From the NCBI GenBank assembly GCA_016182235.1, contig JACOXT010000003.1, positions 386,209 to 450,208 of the forward strand: DNA of 64,000 bases, read 5' to 3'. Under the pieces are notes generated by a model. The model was not told the origin of the DNA. It was given only the letters and a program-made list of their open reading frames with translations, and did not search any database. Positions 1 through 9,784 of the stretch are shown here, piece after piece. The number at the start of each line of letters is the position of its first letter. Position 1 is the first letter of the stretch. The DNA is from Candidatus Levyibacteriota bacterium. Lineage in GTDB: Bacteria; Patescibacteriota; Microgenomatia; Levybacterales; UBA12049. The translations under genes were made by a program, and so were the position numbers.

Positions 1-2
1 CG

Positions 3-221
3 GCAATCTACTTAGTAGAGCCAGATATTTTAGGAATTCTTCCCAAAAAAACTCCTTTTGACTTTGCTCAGGATTTTTTGCCGCAGATTCTAAAGGAAGG
101 TTTTCCTATTTTTTGCTATAATACAGAAGAATTTATCAAGGACATTGGGACAAAAGAGCGTTACGAAGCTGTATTGAAGAAAATAAAACATGATAATTTC
201 AAGAACTCCTCTTCGAATTAG
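3..221 (+). CDS. 3' end of a sugar-1-phosphate nucleotidyltransferase (HddC-like), 5'-truncated by the window edge
   Basis: Frame 3 is open from the window edge (...AIYLVEPDILGILPKKTPFDFAQDFLPQILKEGFPIFCYNTEEFIKDIGTKERYEAVLKK...) and ends at TAG 219-221. The F-x-DIGT-x-E-x-Y tail resembles the C-terminus of the complete nucleotidyltransferase at 28976-29692 (NNFIDIGTPESYARA). It is absent from the ORF track because it has no start codon. Confidence 0.55.
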   Translation, partial: AIYLVEPDILGILPKKTPFDFAQDFLPQILKEGFPIFCYNTEEFIKDIGTKERYEAVLKKIKHDNFKNSSSN

Positions 222-1167
222 TTTTGTTGGCGGTGGAAGTGATATTCAAACATACTATAACTATAAATCTGGAGCTGTAGTATCAACAGCAATTGACAAA
301 TATATTTATATAACTGTGAATAAAAAATTTGATGATAAAATACGTGCAAGCTACTCAAAAACAGAGATTGTTGACAAGATCTCAGAACTTAACCATGAGT
401 TGATTAGGGAATGTCTTAAGATCGTGGGAATTAAAGGGGGAATAGAAATAACTTCAATTTCTGATATTCCTTCAGAGGGGACAGGATTAGGGTCATCAAG
501 TAGTTATGTTGTGGGGCTCCTAAACGCATTATACGCTTATATCGGTAAATATGTAAATGCAGAAAGACTTGCAAGAGAGGCATGTGGGATAGAAATTGAC
601 ATTCTAAAGAAACCAATTGGCAAGCAGGATCAATATATCGCAGCATATGGAGGGCTACAGTATATTCAGTTTAACTCCTATGGAGTATATGTAGATCCTA
701 TTATTTGTAAAAATGAGACAAAACTGGAATTAGAAAAAAGACTATTGATGTTTTATACTGGGCTTACTCGTTCGGCTAATAATATTCTTGCAGTTCAAAC
801 TAAGAACCTTGAATCCTCAGAGGGGAAAAGGAAGTTAATGGAAAAAATGGTAGATTTAGCAAAAAAGACAAGAAAGACGCTTTCTAGAAACTCAATCGAT
901 AGCTTTGGAGAGTTATTGCATCAAAACTGGATTCTCAAAAAAGAAATGGCGCAAGGGGTATCTTCTCACGAAATTGATAATTGGTATAAAAAAGCAATCA
1001 ATGCGGGAGCAACGGGAGGTAAAATACTTGGCGCTGGTGGAGGAGGATTTTTGCTTTTTTATGCGCCAACAGAGAAGCATAAAAACATCATAAAAGCCTT
1101 ATCGAATTTGAAACCATATACATGTAGATTTGAACCTCAAGGAAGTAAAATAATATTCGTAAACTAA
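190..1167 (+). CDS. GHMP-family sugar kinase, D-glycero-D-manno-heptose 7-phosphate kinase (HddA)-like
   Basis: Motifs: SRTPLRISFVGGGSD at the N-terminus, GHMP motif PSEGTGLGSSSS, and C-terminal GGKILGAGGGGFLLFY. A divergent paralogue lies at 26880-27893. Confidence 0.85.
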   Translation: MIISRTPLRISFVGGGSDIQTYYNYKSGAVVSTAIDKYIYITVNKKFDDKIRASYSKTEIVDKISELNHELIRECLKIVGIKGGIEITSISDIPSEGTGLGSSSSYVVGLLNALYAYIGKYVNAERLAREACGIEIDILKKPIGKQDQYIAAYGGLQYIQFNSYGVYVDPIICKNETKLELEKRLLMFYTGLTRSANNILAVQTKNLESSEGKRKLMEKMVDLAKKTRKTLSRNSIDSFGELLHQNWILKKEMAQGVSSHEIDNWYKKAINAGATGGKILGAGGGGFLLFYAPTEKHKNIIKALSNLKPYTCRFEPQGSKIIFVN

Positions 1168-1854
1168 ATGAAGAAAATAATTGAAACTAAATCGACAAAA
1201 AATAAAAGTAATTTAGATTCACACAATTTTATTGATACCTACTTTATGGAAGTAAGACATTGTCTAGATGCTTTAGATAAAGAAACTTTAGAAATAGCAT
1301 CAGACATGATTATGGAGGCGTATAGAAATGGAAGAAAGATATTTATCTTCGGTAACGGTGGAAGCGCTAGCCTCTCTTCGCATTTGGCTTGTGATCTTGG
1401 TAAGGGAACACTGCGCCGTGTTTATGATAATTCCGAGCGGAGGTTAAGGACAATTTCTCTAACAGACAATGTTGCAATAATGACAGCTTTTGCAAATGAT
1501 CTTTCATACGAGCATATATTTATTCAGCAACTTAGAAACTTAGTCGAAACTGGAGATCTGATTATTGCAATATCAGGAAGCGGTAATAGTAAAAATATTA
1601 TTAAGGCGGTACACTACGCCAAGGAATGTGGTGCACGCTCTATTGGATTTTTAGGTTTTAAAACTGGCGGAAAATTAAAAGAAATGGTAGATTGCGCAAT
1701 AATTGTAGATAGTAACCATTATGGTCCAATTGAGGATATTCATCAAATCCTTGGACATTTATTTTCGGCATGGATAGCAAGAGCAAAGACAGAATATGAT
1801 GGAGTTAAGAACGGTAAACTGGAAAATAAAGCAATTCCTTTCTACATAGAATAA
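1168..1854 (+). CDS. SIS-domain sugar-phosphate isomerase (phosphoheptose isomerase GmhA-like)
   Basis: Motifs FGNGGSASLSSHLACDL and AISGSGNSKNI. The gene starts immediately after the kinase stop codon. Confidence 0.75.
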   Translation: MKKIIETKSTKNKSNLDSHNFIDTYFMEVRHCLDALDKETLEIASDMIMEAYRNGRKIFIFGNGGSASLSSHLACDLGKGTLRRVYDNSERRLRTISLTDNVAIMTAFANDLSYEHIFIQQLRNLVETGDLIIAISGSGNSKNIIKAVHYAKECGARSIGFLGFKTGGKLKEMVDCAIIVDSNHYGPIEDIHQILGHLFSAWIARAKTEYDGVKNGKLENKAIPFYIE

Positions 1855-3362
1855 TGCTCATTTTCTTAATATCCCTTATTGCCTTACTTAAGATTTCTGT
1901 CTGGACGTTACCCTTTGTAAGGGATGGTTTTGGGTATGCGTACGTTGGAGGGAGAATTGCTCAGGGCGCGATTCTTTTTAAAGATGTGTGGGATCACAAG
2001 CCTCCGGGAGTATATTTTCTCGATGCATTGACTTATCTAATTTTTCCGGATTATATTTTTGGTGTTCGAATACTTAGTCTTGTTGCATCAGTTACTTCTG
2101 CGATATTCTTTTATTGTCTAATTAAGTCGCTTTTCAATTCTAGGACTGCTTTCCTAACAACAGTTTTATTTTCTATATTTACCAACGTTTACATGGTCAC
2201 TCAAGGAGATAATTTAGTCGAAAGCTACATGATTCCTTTTGTAAGCCTTTCTTATATTTTATTTATAAAAGCATATCAAAGTAAAAAAATATTATTTTTT
2301 ATGCTTACAGGAGTAGTCGTTGGTATTCTCTTTATTTTTAAACAGGTTGGTATTTTGGCATTTTTCGCGTTTGCTTTATTTATTTTCTGGAAAGACAAGA
2401 AACGGTTTAGAAATACGTTTTATTTAGGCATTGGAGTTATTGTACCTCTGGTGCCTTTTGTTTTATATTTTTATCTTAACAACGCGTTTGCGGAAGCTTT
2501 AGATGCAATATTTCTATATAACTTTATATATTCGAGACAGGGTTACAGCGTGTCATCTATAAGTCAATCAATTTATTATCTTATTCAGGTACTTTTTGCA
2601 ACGCTTTTGATGTGGGTTTTAGGCATCATCGGCTTAATTGGAAGGAAACTTAGAGAAAAAGATTTCATGTTTTTAATTCTTTTTTTATTTGCTTTTTTAG
2701 GAACAATGCTTGGGGGAAAGTTTGCGTTTTCCAGAAACTATTTTCTACTTTTATTTCCGGCGCTTGGATATTTTGCTGCTGTTGCAATTGATCAAATCCT
2801 GAGTAAAATACCTAAAGATGATTTTTTGAAAAAAACAGCTTTTACAGTTTTTACATTCTTGCTGTTTCCGTCAATTATTCTTCATGTGCAGTCGATTTTA
2901 TCAGGATTGCACTTTGCTGGTTTGTTTGACCCTGGAGAAAGACAGACTCTTTATGCTTTGGGACTTCCTAATTATAGTTTTATCTCAGATGAAAAGATTT
3001 ACTATTCTATAGCAAACTATCTGCGAAAACATGTTCAAAAAGGAGACTCTATTTTGGATTTTGGCGCAGAACCAGAATTTTATTTACTTACTAAGACTTA
3101 CTCCCCGACAAGATTTTTTTATAATTTTCCACTAAATGGAGTATTTATCTCTGATGAAAGGCAAGAAAAGCGAAGAGAAATAATGATGAGTGATATTTTA
3201 ATAAAAAAACCATTATATATAGTTACCAACAGAGAAGAAGAACGTTATAAGCCATCATTTAAAAATCTTAAGTTTCCAGAATTTAAGGAATTTGTTGAGA
3301 AGTATTATTTTCTAGAAAAAGAAATTGGTAACTATATGATTTTTAGATTAAAAAATTCGTGA
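1854..3362 (+). CDS. Polytopic membrane glycosyltransferase, GT-C fold (PMT_2/ArnT, GT39/GT83-like)
   Basis: Many hydrophobic segments, an acidic residue just after TM1 (PFVRDGFGYAY), and a WDHKPPGVYF loop. TAATG overlap with the upstream gene. Confidence 0.65.
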   Translation: MLIFLISLIALLKISVWTLPFVRDGFGYAYVGGRIAQGAILFKDVWDHKPPGVYFLDALTYLIFPDYIFGVRILSLVASVTSAIFFYCLIKSLFNSRTAFLTTVLFSIFTNVYMVTQGDNLVESYMIPFVSLSYILFIKAYQSKKILFFMLTGVVVGILFIFKQVGILAFFAFALFIFWKDKKRFRNTFYLGIGVIVPLVPFVLYFYLNNAFAEALDAIFLYNFIYSRQGYSVSSISQSIYYLIQVLFATLLMWVLGIIGLIGRKLREKDFMFLILFLFAFLGTMLGGKFAFSRNYFLLLFPALGYFAAVAIDQILSKIPKDDFLKKTAFTVFTFLLFPSIILHVQSILSGLHFAGLFDPGERQTLYALGLPNYSFISDEKIYYSIANYLRKHVQKGDSILDFGAEPEFYLLTKTYSPTRFFYNFPLNGVFISDERQEKRREIMMSDILIKKPLYIVTNREEERYKPSFKNLKFPEFKEFVEKYYFLEKEIGNYMIFRLKNS

Positions 3363-5008
3363 GATACAAAAAAATACTTTTAATTATCTTTCCGCTGACT
3401 TTTTTTGCAGTTGGATTTTTAACACTGAATAATTATGGAATTAATTGGGACGAGCCAGTTCATTACATTCGCGGACAAGCGTTCCTTAGGTTTTTTATGA
3501 CAGGAAAAAAAGATTATTCCGGACTTCCTGGCATTGAATATAGCGATAATTTAAATTCCAGAAGAAGTATTTATCAGTTTGATAGTAAAGGTACAAATTA
3601 TCTTTCATTTAACGAATTTGTTACGAACCCAGGTTCTCATCCTCCATTAAACGGAATAATTGCATCTTTTTTTAATTATATTTTTTACCAGCAGCTTGGA
3701 ATTTTGGGAGACATTGATAGTTATCACCTTTTTGTTTTAGCGGTAAGTTCCTTATTAGTTTTTTTGGTTTTCTTTTTTACAAGGGAAGAATATGGTTTAT
3801 TCGCAGGAATAATTTCTTTTCTGTCTTTATCTTTGTACCCACTTTTTTTTGGAGAGTCCCATTTCAATATAAAAGATCCTGTTGAAGCATCATTTTACGG
3901 ATGGACAATATACAGTTTTTATAAAGGAATAGTTGGGAAAAGTTCTAGGTGGATAATTACATCTTCAATATTTGCTGGGTTGGCACTTGGTACTAAATTC
4001 AATATATTTTTTGCTTTTGTAACGATTTTATTTTGGATGATTATATTAAAATGGAAAGAGTTAAGATCATTTAAATGGCCATTTTCAAAAAGACTTACTA
4101 CTAGTTTAGCGGCTTATCCTTTTATTGTTTTTATAATATTTTTTATCTCATACCCTAATCTTTGGCAAGATCCTATAAGAGAATTATCTTATGTATTTTC
4201 TTATTACAAAGAGATAGGATATGGAATTGTCTATCAACCATCTTCATACATTACATTTTTTGGACTTAATACATACCCTATTCAGGCAGTTTTTTATACT
4301 ACTCCACTTATAACATTGCTTCTTAGTTCGATTGGGGTATTATGGGCGCTTACGAAGGGTTTCCATGAAAAGAATAAAACTGCATTGATTATTTTTTTAT
4401 GGTTTATTATTCCTATCGTAAGGGTTTCATTTCCCAATATGGGAATATATGGGGGAGTACGACAGATTATGGAATATATTCCGGCAATGGCGATGCTTTC
4501 GGGAATTGGAGGATATTACATTGTAAGGCAATTTAGCAATTTAACAATAAAACAATTTATAAAAATTGTTATTCTGATTTTGTTTATTCCAATAACATTA
4601 AAAATAATTTCAGTTCATCCAAATGAAAACGTATATCTCAATCCTCTTATAGGAGGATTAAAAGGCGCTAGGGAAAAGGGTTTTCCGGATTGGGGAGTAA
4701 CACTTGGAAGTCCTTACAAACAAGGAGTTGATTGGATGAACGCGCATGCCGAGAAGAATGCAAGACTTACGTTGGTAAAGGGTTTGTTGCAGAATATCCC
4801 TCCCAATGCGTTGCGTCGTGATATATTGTTTGGGGATATATATTATTCGGGAGCTTCCAAAAAAGGAGAGTATCTTATGGAGGTAAACGATTATCGTTTT
4901 GAGTCTGATGTCCTTTCGGAAAAACGTGAATATATCAAAACACTTCATCCCGCGTACGAGATTAAAGTAGACGACGTCCCGATTTTAATTATTTGGAAGA
5001 ACGAATAA
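3359..5008 (+). CDS. Polytopic membrane glycosyltransferase, GT-C fold (GT39-like)
   Basis: GTGA start-stop overlap. DE motif after TM1 (INWDEPVHYIRG, compare PMT FDEVHF), GSHPPLNG, and at least 10 hydrophobic segments. Confidence 0.65.
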   Translation: MRYKKILLIIFPLTFFAVGFLTLNNYGINWDEPVHYIRGQAFLRFFMTGKKDYSGLPGIEYSDNLNSRRSIYQFDSKGTNYLSFNEFVTNPGSHPPLNGIIASFFNYIFYQQLGILGDIDSYHLFVLAVSSLLVFLVFFFTREEYGLFAGIISFLSLSLYPLFFGESHFNIKDPVEASFYGWTIYSFYKGIVGKSSRWIITSSIFAGLALGTKFNIFFAFVTILFWMIILKWKELRSFKWPFSKRLTTSLAAYPFIVFIIFFISYPNLWQDPIRELSYVFSYYKEIGYGIVYQPSSYITFFGLNTYPIQAVFYTTPLITLLLSSIGVLWALTKGFHEKNKTALIIFLWFIIPIVRVSFPNMGIYGGVRQIMEYIPAMAMLSGIGGYYIVRQFSNLTIKQFIKIVILILFIPITLKIISVHPNENVYLNPLIGGLKGAREKGFPDWGVTLGSPYKQGVDWMNAHAEKNARLTLVKGLLQNIPPNALRRDILFGDIYYSGASKKGEYLMEVNDYRFESDVLSEKREYIKTLHPAYEIKVDDVPILIIWKNE

Positions 5009-5599
5009 TTTCGCTTTTTGATATTTTTCAATTGTTTCCCAATTTCGTTTTGAGAAATCAATTACTTGCAAAAATGTTTTTTGATCATCTTTCGATACTC
5101 GCTTCGCAAATGAATCAAGGACTTCTTGATGCTTTAGTGATGCAGTCTTGAGTTTCTTGAAAAAATCGGCATCAGGCTTTTTCCTCTGACTATATAAAAT
5201 TTGGGCTAAAAGAGTATAGTTATGTTCCGCCTTAAGCGCAGTTTGTTTAGCAAGGTCAATTTTATTTTTATCTATAAGCATTGCCGAAGCAAGTATTCCC
5301 TTATCAGCTTGTAGGAGATAGAAGTCAATTTTTTTCATAGGGTCACTAATAAGAGCAAGACTTATACGATCTCTAAGCACTTTTAATTTATATAAAGGAT
5401 GATCTGGAAGAACTCCTGGATAAGCAAGGTCATAATTTATAATTGCTGCTGGAGTTGATTGTTGTTCCTCTGTTTGTGGAGTAGAGTTAAGATTGTCTTC
5501 TGAGTATTCCTTTGCGTATGTTATATTCCCGTTAACGTTTAGGAAAAATACTAAAATAAGAGTCGCAAATAGAAAATTTTTTGTAAAGTTAACTTGCAC
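4985..5599 (-). CDS. Secreted or membrane-anchored DUF5667-like protein
   Basis: The YPGVLPDHPLYKLKVLRDRISLAL motif is typical of DUF5667. There is an N-terminal hydrophobic signal (FLFATLILVFFL...TYA). The start is revised to GTG 5599: the track's TTG at 5635 is the first three bases of a TTGACA -35 box whose predicted +1 falls exactly on 5599. Confidence 0.6.
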   Translation of the reverse strand: MQVNFTKNFLFATLILVFFLNVNGNITYAKEYSEDNLNSTPQTEEQQSTPAAIINYDLAYPGVLPDHPLYKLKVLRDRISLALISDPMKKIDFYLLQADKGILASAMLIDKNKIDLAKQTALKAEHNYTLLAQILYSQRKKPDADFFKKLKTASLKHQEVLDSFAKRVSKDDQKTFLQVIDFSKRNWETIEKYQKAKLFVLPNN

Positions 5600-5605
5600 A
5601 TCGAA

Positions 5606-5635
5606 AGTATAATAGAGCGTCCTATTTCTTGTCAA
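5606..5635 (-). promoter_or_regulatory. Sigma70-type promoter TTGACA-18-TATACT; predicted +1 coincides with GTG 5599 (leaderless)
   Basis: On the minus strand TTGACA lies at 5635-5630 and TATACT at 5611-5606. Seven nucleotides beyond the -10 hexamer is 5599. Confidence 0.4.
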
Positions 5636-5657
5636 TATAGCAAAAAAAGTAGCACTT

Positions 5658-5666
5658 TGTTAAAAT
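5658..5666 (+). promoter_or_regulatory. Extended -10 element TGTTAAAAT upstream of the GT2 gene
   Basis: TGnTAAAAT at 5658-5666. Predicted +1 is near 5673, about 15 nt before ATG 5688. Confidence 0.3.
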
Positions 5667-5687
5667 GATAGGAACTAAGAATAAGAT

Positions 5688-6521
5688 ATGATAAGAAATC
5701 CCCTCGTTTCAGTTCTCATTCATACTCGTAGTTCGCAAAGGACTATTAAAAACTTACTTGAAAGTATTAAAAACCAATCTTATAAAAAAATAGAAATTAT
5801 AATGGTTGATAATAACTCAAAAGACAATACTCTTAAAATTGCTAAGTTTTACACAACAAAAATATTCAACTTTGGTCCTGAAAGAAGTGCTCAGCGGAAT
5901 TATGCTGCAAAAAAAGCAAAAGGAGAATACTTACTTGTTCCAGATTCAGATATGATTTTGGGAAAAAATGTAGTAAAAGAATGCGTTGATCTTATTTTAG
6001 AAAAACCCAGAATTAAGGCAATTATCGTTCCAGAGAAATCTATCGGTTCGTCTTTTTGGGCAAAATGCAAACAACTGGAGAGAAGCTATTATCCAGGGAT
6101 TGACTGGATTGAAGGAGCTCGTTTTTTTCAAAAAAAAGCATTTGATGAAATAGGGGGATATGATGAGCGAAATACAGGAACGGAAGACTTTGATCTCCCC
6201 CAAAGATTTAGAAGAAAATATAAAGACGAAAGCATTGGGAGAATAAAAGAATTAATTTATCACGATGAGGGAGATCTTTCTCTTTTTTATCTTTTGAAAA
6301 AGAAATTTTATTATGCTCATAGTATTAGTGTTTATAAGAAATCAAATTTAGCCGATTATTATAAGCAAGTAGATGTTTTTAAAAGACTTATTCTCTTTTT
6401 TTCAAAACCGGACAAATTATTTGCGGATCCAATTGTTGGCACTGGGATGATTTTCATGAAGACTCTTGAGTTCGCCGTTGGAGGAATTGGGTTTGCAGTT
6501 AGTAGAAATAATAAGACATGA
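5688..6521 (+). CDS. Glycosyltransferase family 2
   Basis: VSVLIHTRSS...IIMVDNNSKDNT and the DxD-like motif VPDSDMIL. Confidence 0.8.
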   Translation: MIRNPLVSVLIHTRSSQRTIKNLLESIKNQSYKKIEIIMVDNNSKDNTLKIAKFYTTKIFNFGPERSAQRNYAAKKAKGEYLLVPDSDMILGKNVVKECVDLILEKPRIKAIIVPEKSIGSSFWAKCKQLERSYYPGIDWIEGARFFQKKAFDEIGGYDERNTGTEDFDLPQRFRRKYKDESIGRIKELIYHDEGDLSLFYLLKKKFYYAHSISVYKKSNLADYYKQVDVFKRLILFFSKPDKLFADPIVGTGMIFMKTLEFAVGGIGFAVSRNNKT

Positions 6522-7138
6522 CATTTGAGGAAAGATGTAAAAACTTTTATAAAGACAGCGTTTGGGTTAGTTTATTTACAGCAATTCGATTTTGGACAGG
6601 ATCATTTGTTGAGCTTGAAAAACTAATTCCAAAACAAGGAGTCATCCTTGATCTTGGATGCGGATACGGAATACTTACTAATTATCTTGCCCTTTATTCA
6701 AAGCGGAGGCAAATGATTGGAATAGATATAGATACAAATAAAATTAATCATGCAGGTAAAGGGATTGAGAATGTAAGATTTTCTGTTGGAGATGCCACAA
6801 AAATGAAATTAAAAAAACTTGATGCGATATTAATCCATGATGTCTTGCATCATCTAAACTCATACGAGGATCAAGAAAAACTTATTAAAGAATGTGCATC
6901 AATGCTTAAAAAAAAAGGCAAACTTTTTATAGTTGAAGTTGACAATAAACCATTATGGAAATTGATATTTGGAAGATTAACTGATTTTTTGATGTATAAA
7001 GGAAATAGAGTTTTTTATAGATATAAAAAAGAGATGCTTAATCTTTTAGAAAGATATTTCTCCAAAGAACTCATACACACAGAAACCTTCACTAACAATC
7101 CTTTTCCGCAAGTACTATATGTATGTCAAAAAAAATAA
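6518..7138 (+). CDS. Class I SAM-dependent methyltransferase
   Basis: SAM motif I ILDLGCGYGILT, followed by DAILIHDVLHHL. ATGA overlap with the upstream gene. Confidence 0.8.
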   Translation: MTFEERCKNFYKDSVWVSLFTAIRFWTGSFVELEKLIPKQGVILDLGCGYGILTNYLALYSKRRQMIGIDIDTNKINHAGKGIENVRFSVGDATKMKLKKLDAILIHDVLHHLNSYEDQEKLIKECASMLKKKGKLFIVEVDNKPLWKLIFGRLTDFLMYKGNRVFYRYKKEMLNLLERYFSKELIHTETFTNNPFPQVLYVCQKK

Positions 7139-7836
7139 AACAAAAATTACCGAGTTTGACCCTTTCGATTCCTGCGTATAATGAGGAAGATAATTTAGGA
7201 CTCGTAATTAAAAATACAGTAACAAACGCGCCAAAATTTCTGTCAGATTTTGAAATAATAATTATTAATGATGGAAGTAAAGATAAGACAGGTGAAATTG
7301 CCGATTTATTCGCCAAGAAATATAGATTTATTCGTGTAATTCATCAGGAAAATAAAGGTTATGGCGAGGCGATGCTTCGCGGAATTAAAGAGGCAAGAAA
7401 AGAATTCGTGGCATACATGCCTGCTGATGGGCAATTTCTGATAGAAGATATGAAATATTGCTTGCCCCTTATGAGAGATGCAGATTTAATTTTGGGAGCA
7501 AGAGGGTCGAGGGCTGACTATACAGTCTATCGACTTTTTTTATCATATACGTATCTAATAATTCTAAAAATTCTTTTTGGAATAAGTTTTCAGGATGTTA
7601 ATTGGCTTAATATCTGGCGAACAAAAGAAGTTCAAAAACTCAAAATATCTTCTCTTGGAATATTTTTGCTCGCGGAGATTGTAATTCGATTTCAAAAAAA
7701 GAGACTAATAGTAGTCGAGGCGCCATCAAATTATAGACCAAGAATTGGAGGGAAAGCGAAAAACGCGAAACCATCAATTGCCCTAAGAACTTTATTTGAT
7801 GCTTTGAGGCTTTGGCTTCGGTTAAAATTTCAATGA
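7123..7836 (+). CDS. GT2 polyprenyl-phosphate sugar synthase (DPM1/GtrB/ArnC-like)
   Basis: LSIPAYNEEDNL, IIINDGSKDKTGEIA, NKGYGEAMLRG and PADGQFLIED. It sits directly upstream of a GT-C gene, and is translationally coupled to it, like GtrB-GtrC or ArnC-ArnT pairs. Confidence 0.7.
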   Translation: MSKKIKQKLPSLTLSIPAYNEEDNLGLVIKNTVTNAPKFLSDFEIIIINDGSKDKTGEIADLFAKKYRFIRVIHQENKGYGEAMLRGIKEARKEFVAYMPADGQFLIEDMKYCLPLMRDADLILGARGSRADYTVYRLFLSYTYLIILKILFGISFQDVNWLNIWRTKEVQKLKISSLGIFLLAEIVIRFQKKRLIVVEAPSNYRPRIGGKAKNAKPSIALRTLFDALRLWLRLKFQ

Positions 7837-9161
7837 GGAAACTTGGACGTTTCGACATTTTTGTTTTTATTCCTCTTATAATTTTTACTTTTTTGTTTGT
7901 TCCCCTTATTGATACACCCGTCTGTTGGGATGCTGCAGCGGAATGGGGATTGGTAAATGTATTCTATAATCAAGGGATTCATGATTATTCCATAATTAAC
8001 ATAACCCATCCTCCATTTAAGCCATTTTTGGCAAGCATATCTTTTAGTTTGTTTGGATCTAGTACGATAAGTTATAATTTGGTAGGGTTTTTGGTTGGAC
8101 ATATAGGAATTTTAGGAATTTATTTTTTGTCAAAATCATTATTCAATAAAAATGTTGCAGTAGTTTCCTCACTTCTTCTTTCAACATCTCCTTTATTTCT
8201 TGCAAACGGCGTCAACAATCTGAACGATTATATGTTAACGTCTTTGATAATTCTGGCCCTGTATTTCTATTCTCAAAGAAAACTCTCGTTGTACACTGTT
8301 ATAATTTCCGCAGCGGTTCTTACAAAAGAGACTGCGGCGCTTGTACCCTTAAGCGTTCTTTTTATTGAATTTGTCTTTAACCTTTTTACAAAACAAATTT
8401 TCAAAAAAAATACTATTGCTAAATTTCTTATGTTAACGATTCCTCTTATCTCTTTATTTGTATGGCATCAATATGCGCGCATAAATGGAAGAGTTAATAC
8501 TTGGGGATGGAATTCAGATAGAGGAGCTTTTTCAATGGTTATAAATAATCTACTTACGCTTAATATCTTTACGTCATACACAAAAGAGCATATTGCAAGA
8601 TTACTATTTTTGAATTTCAATTGGGTTTATTGGATTATTGTTGGAATAGGAGCAGTTTTCGGGCTGAAGAAAATTCGTTTGATGAAAATCGAAAAATATA
8701 TATTGAATGCTCAACAAAAGGAAAAAACAATATTTATAATTTTTCTTTTTGTTATAACTTATGTATTAACGGTTATGACATTTCAGGTTCCTCCGACTGC
8801 CCGTTACCATCTTCCATTAATTCCATTTCTTTTGGTAGGCGTTGCTGTTGTTATTAATAAATATATTACAAAAATGCCCATATCTGGAATTTTACTTTTT
8901 GGTGCTATTAATTTTGTCGGATTATTTTTTTCTATAGATCCGATTAGCAGTTATATTTGGGGCGTACAAGTAATGGAGGGGCAAAGAACTTATACAAAAA
9001 GCACTGGAGATGATGCTCTTGTTTACAACTTGCAGTATTTATTAATTTTGCGACAAAGAAGAAACGAAATAATCTCTCAATACAAAGAAGGAATATATAA
9101 GAAACTAGATTGGAATGGTGATCCATATACTTACACAAAGCACTGTAATTTTAGAAGTTGA
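7833..9161 (+). CDS. Polytopic membrane glycosyltransferase, GT-C fold (GT39/GT83-like)
   Basis: ATG 7833 lies in an ATGA overlap with the upstream stop (the track start at 7812 is non-ATG). Motifs VCWDAAAEWG after TM1 and ITHPPFKPF; multiple TM segments. Confidence 0.6.
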   Translation: MRKLGRFDIFVFIPLIIFTFLFVPLIDTPVCWDAAAEWGLVNVFYNQGIHDYSIINITHPPFKPFLASISFSLFGSSTISYNLVGFLVGHIGILGIYFLSKSLFNKNVAVVSSLLLSTSPLFLANGVNNLNDYMLTSLIILALYFYSQRKLSLYTVIISAAVLTKETAALVPLSVLFIEFVFNLFTKQIFKKNTIAKFLMLTIPLISLFVWHQYARINGRVNTWGWNSDRGAFSMVINNLLTLNIFTSYTKEHIARLLFLNFNWVYWIIVGIGAVFGLKKIRLMKIEKYILNAQQKEKTIFIIFLFVITYVLTVMTFQVPPTARYHLPLIPFLLVGVAVVINKYITKMPISGILLFGAINFVGLFFSIDPISSYIWGVQVMEGQRTYTKSTGDDALVYNLQYLLILRQRRNEIISQYKEGIYKKLDWNGDPYTYTKHCNFRS

Positions 9162-9173
9162 GGTTTAAATGAG

Positions 9174-9683
9174 TTAATCTACAGTCAGTAAAATTTCATT
9201 TGTGTTTGTTCTATATCGTTCGTTCGTCTCAATATCTGCTTTAATAATGAATTTTTTTCTATATGGAGAATAAACCCATATTGACTTTTCAATTGTTTTT
9301 TTTGACATAATGTCGCCAAGATTAAAAACTGCATCATTTCCTTGCTGTGGAAGGCCCGTAAGTCTGCTAGCATTGGATGATTCAATGGTTCCAATATCAA
9401 TACCTGCTGGAATTACTAAATAAACGTCAGATAAAACTTCCTTCGTATTGTTGGTTATTTTTACTGTAAGAGTTGCTTTTTGCATTTCATCTATATGAGA
9501 AACATCTTTCGTAATTTCAATTTTCGAAGGATTTACTTCTAAGGTCGCAACAATAGCTGGTCCTATAGGAACATTCCCTTTTTTTCCTAAGTTTATTGCA
9601 TAGAGATAACTTCCTCCGATTATAGTTACAAGAAAAACACTGATTGAAAATATCTTCACTTTATCTTTCATGTTCGGTTTCAC
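9174..9683 (-). CDS. N-terminally membrane-anchored extracytoplasmic protein, probably beta-sandwich; function unknown
   Basis: TM anchor IFSISVFLVTIIGGSYLY followed by a beta-rich region (TLTVKITNNTKEVLSDVYLVIPAG). GTG 9683 forms a GTGA overlap with the stop of the sORF at 9680-9775. Confidence 0.5.
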   Translation of the reverse strand: MKPNMKDKVKIFSISVFLVTIIGGSYLYAINLGKKGNVPIGPAIVATLEVNPSKIEITKDVSHIDEMQKATLTVKITNNTKEVLSDVYLVIPAGIDIGTIESSNASRLTGLPQQGNDAVFNLGDIMSKKTIEKSIWVYSPYRKKFIIKADIETNERYRTNTNEILLTVD

Positions 9684-9775
9684 TCACTGCGATCTCTTCG
9701 AGCCTGAGCCACAGAGCCGATGGCCTGAGCGCTAGTCGAATGGATCATAACTTCTTGGTAATTGTTGAGACTCAT
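9680..9775 (-). CDS. Unannotated 31-codon small ORF (MSLNNYQEVMIHSTSAQAIGSVAQARRDRSE)
   Basis: Hand translation of the minus strand gives ATG 9775-9773 and TGA 9682-9680. An extended -10 box (TGCTATAAT, 9793-9785) predicts +1 at 9778, 3 nt before the ATG. The stop overlaps the GTG of the downstream gene. The core 9691-9740 is 30/50 = 60% GC in a roughly 30% GC context. Below the track's length cutoff. Confidence 0.4.
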   Translation of the reverse strand: MSLNNYQEVMIHSTSAQAIGSVAQARRDRSE

Positions 9776-9784
9776 TAAGCATAA

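Noticed and set aside
5600-5635. TTG start codon at 5635 from the ORF track for the DUF5667-like gene (N-terminal MTRNRTLYYTFD extension).
   Set aside because: The TTG is the first half of a consensus TTGACA -35 box whose -10 box (TATACT) places +1 at GTG 5599. The shorter product begins directly with a signal-peptide-like segment.
7123-7836. Possible loss of the first Asp of the DxD motif in the DPM1/GtrB-like GT2 (MPADGQF instead of DADGQH).
   Set aside because: Without a profile alignment I cannot be sure which residues align. The other GT2 signatures are intact, so I do not claim inactivation.
9684-9760. GC-rich patch considered as a tRNA, a tRNA-derived att remnant or a riboswitch.
   Set aside because: I could not build a cloverleaf. 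The TTCGACT segment lacks a complementary T-stem. The GCCTGAGC elements are direct rather than inverted repeats, and only 3-bp hairpins could be drawn. An sORF with a matched promoter and a GTGA coupling explains the region better, although an ncRNA is not fully excluded.
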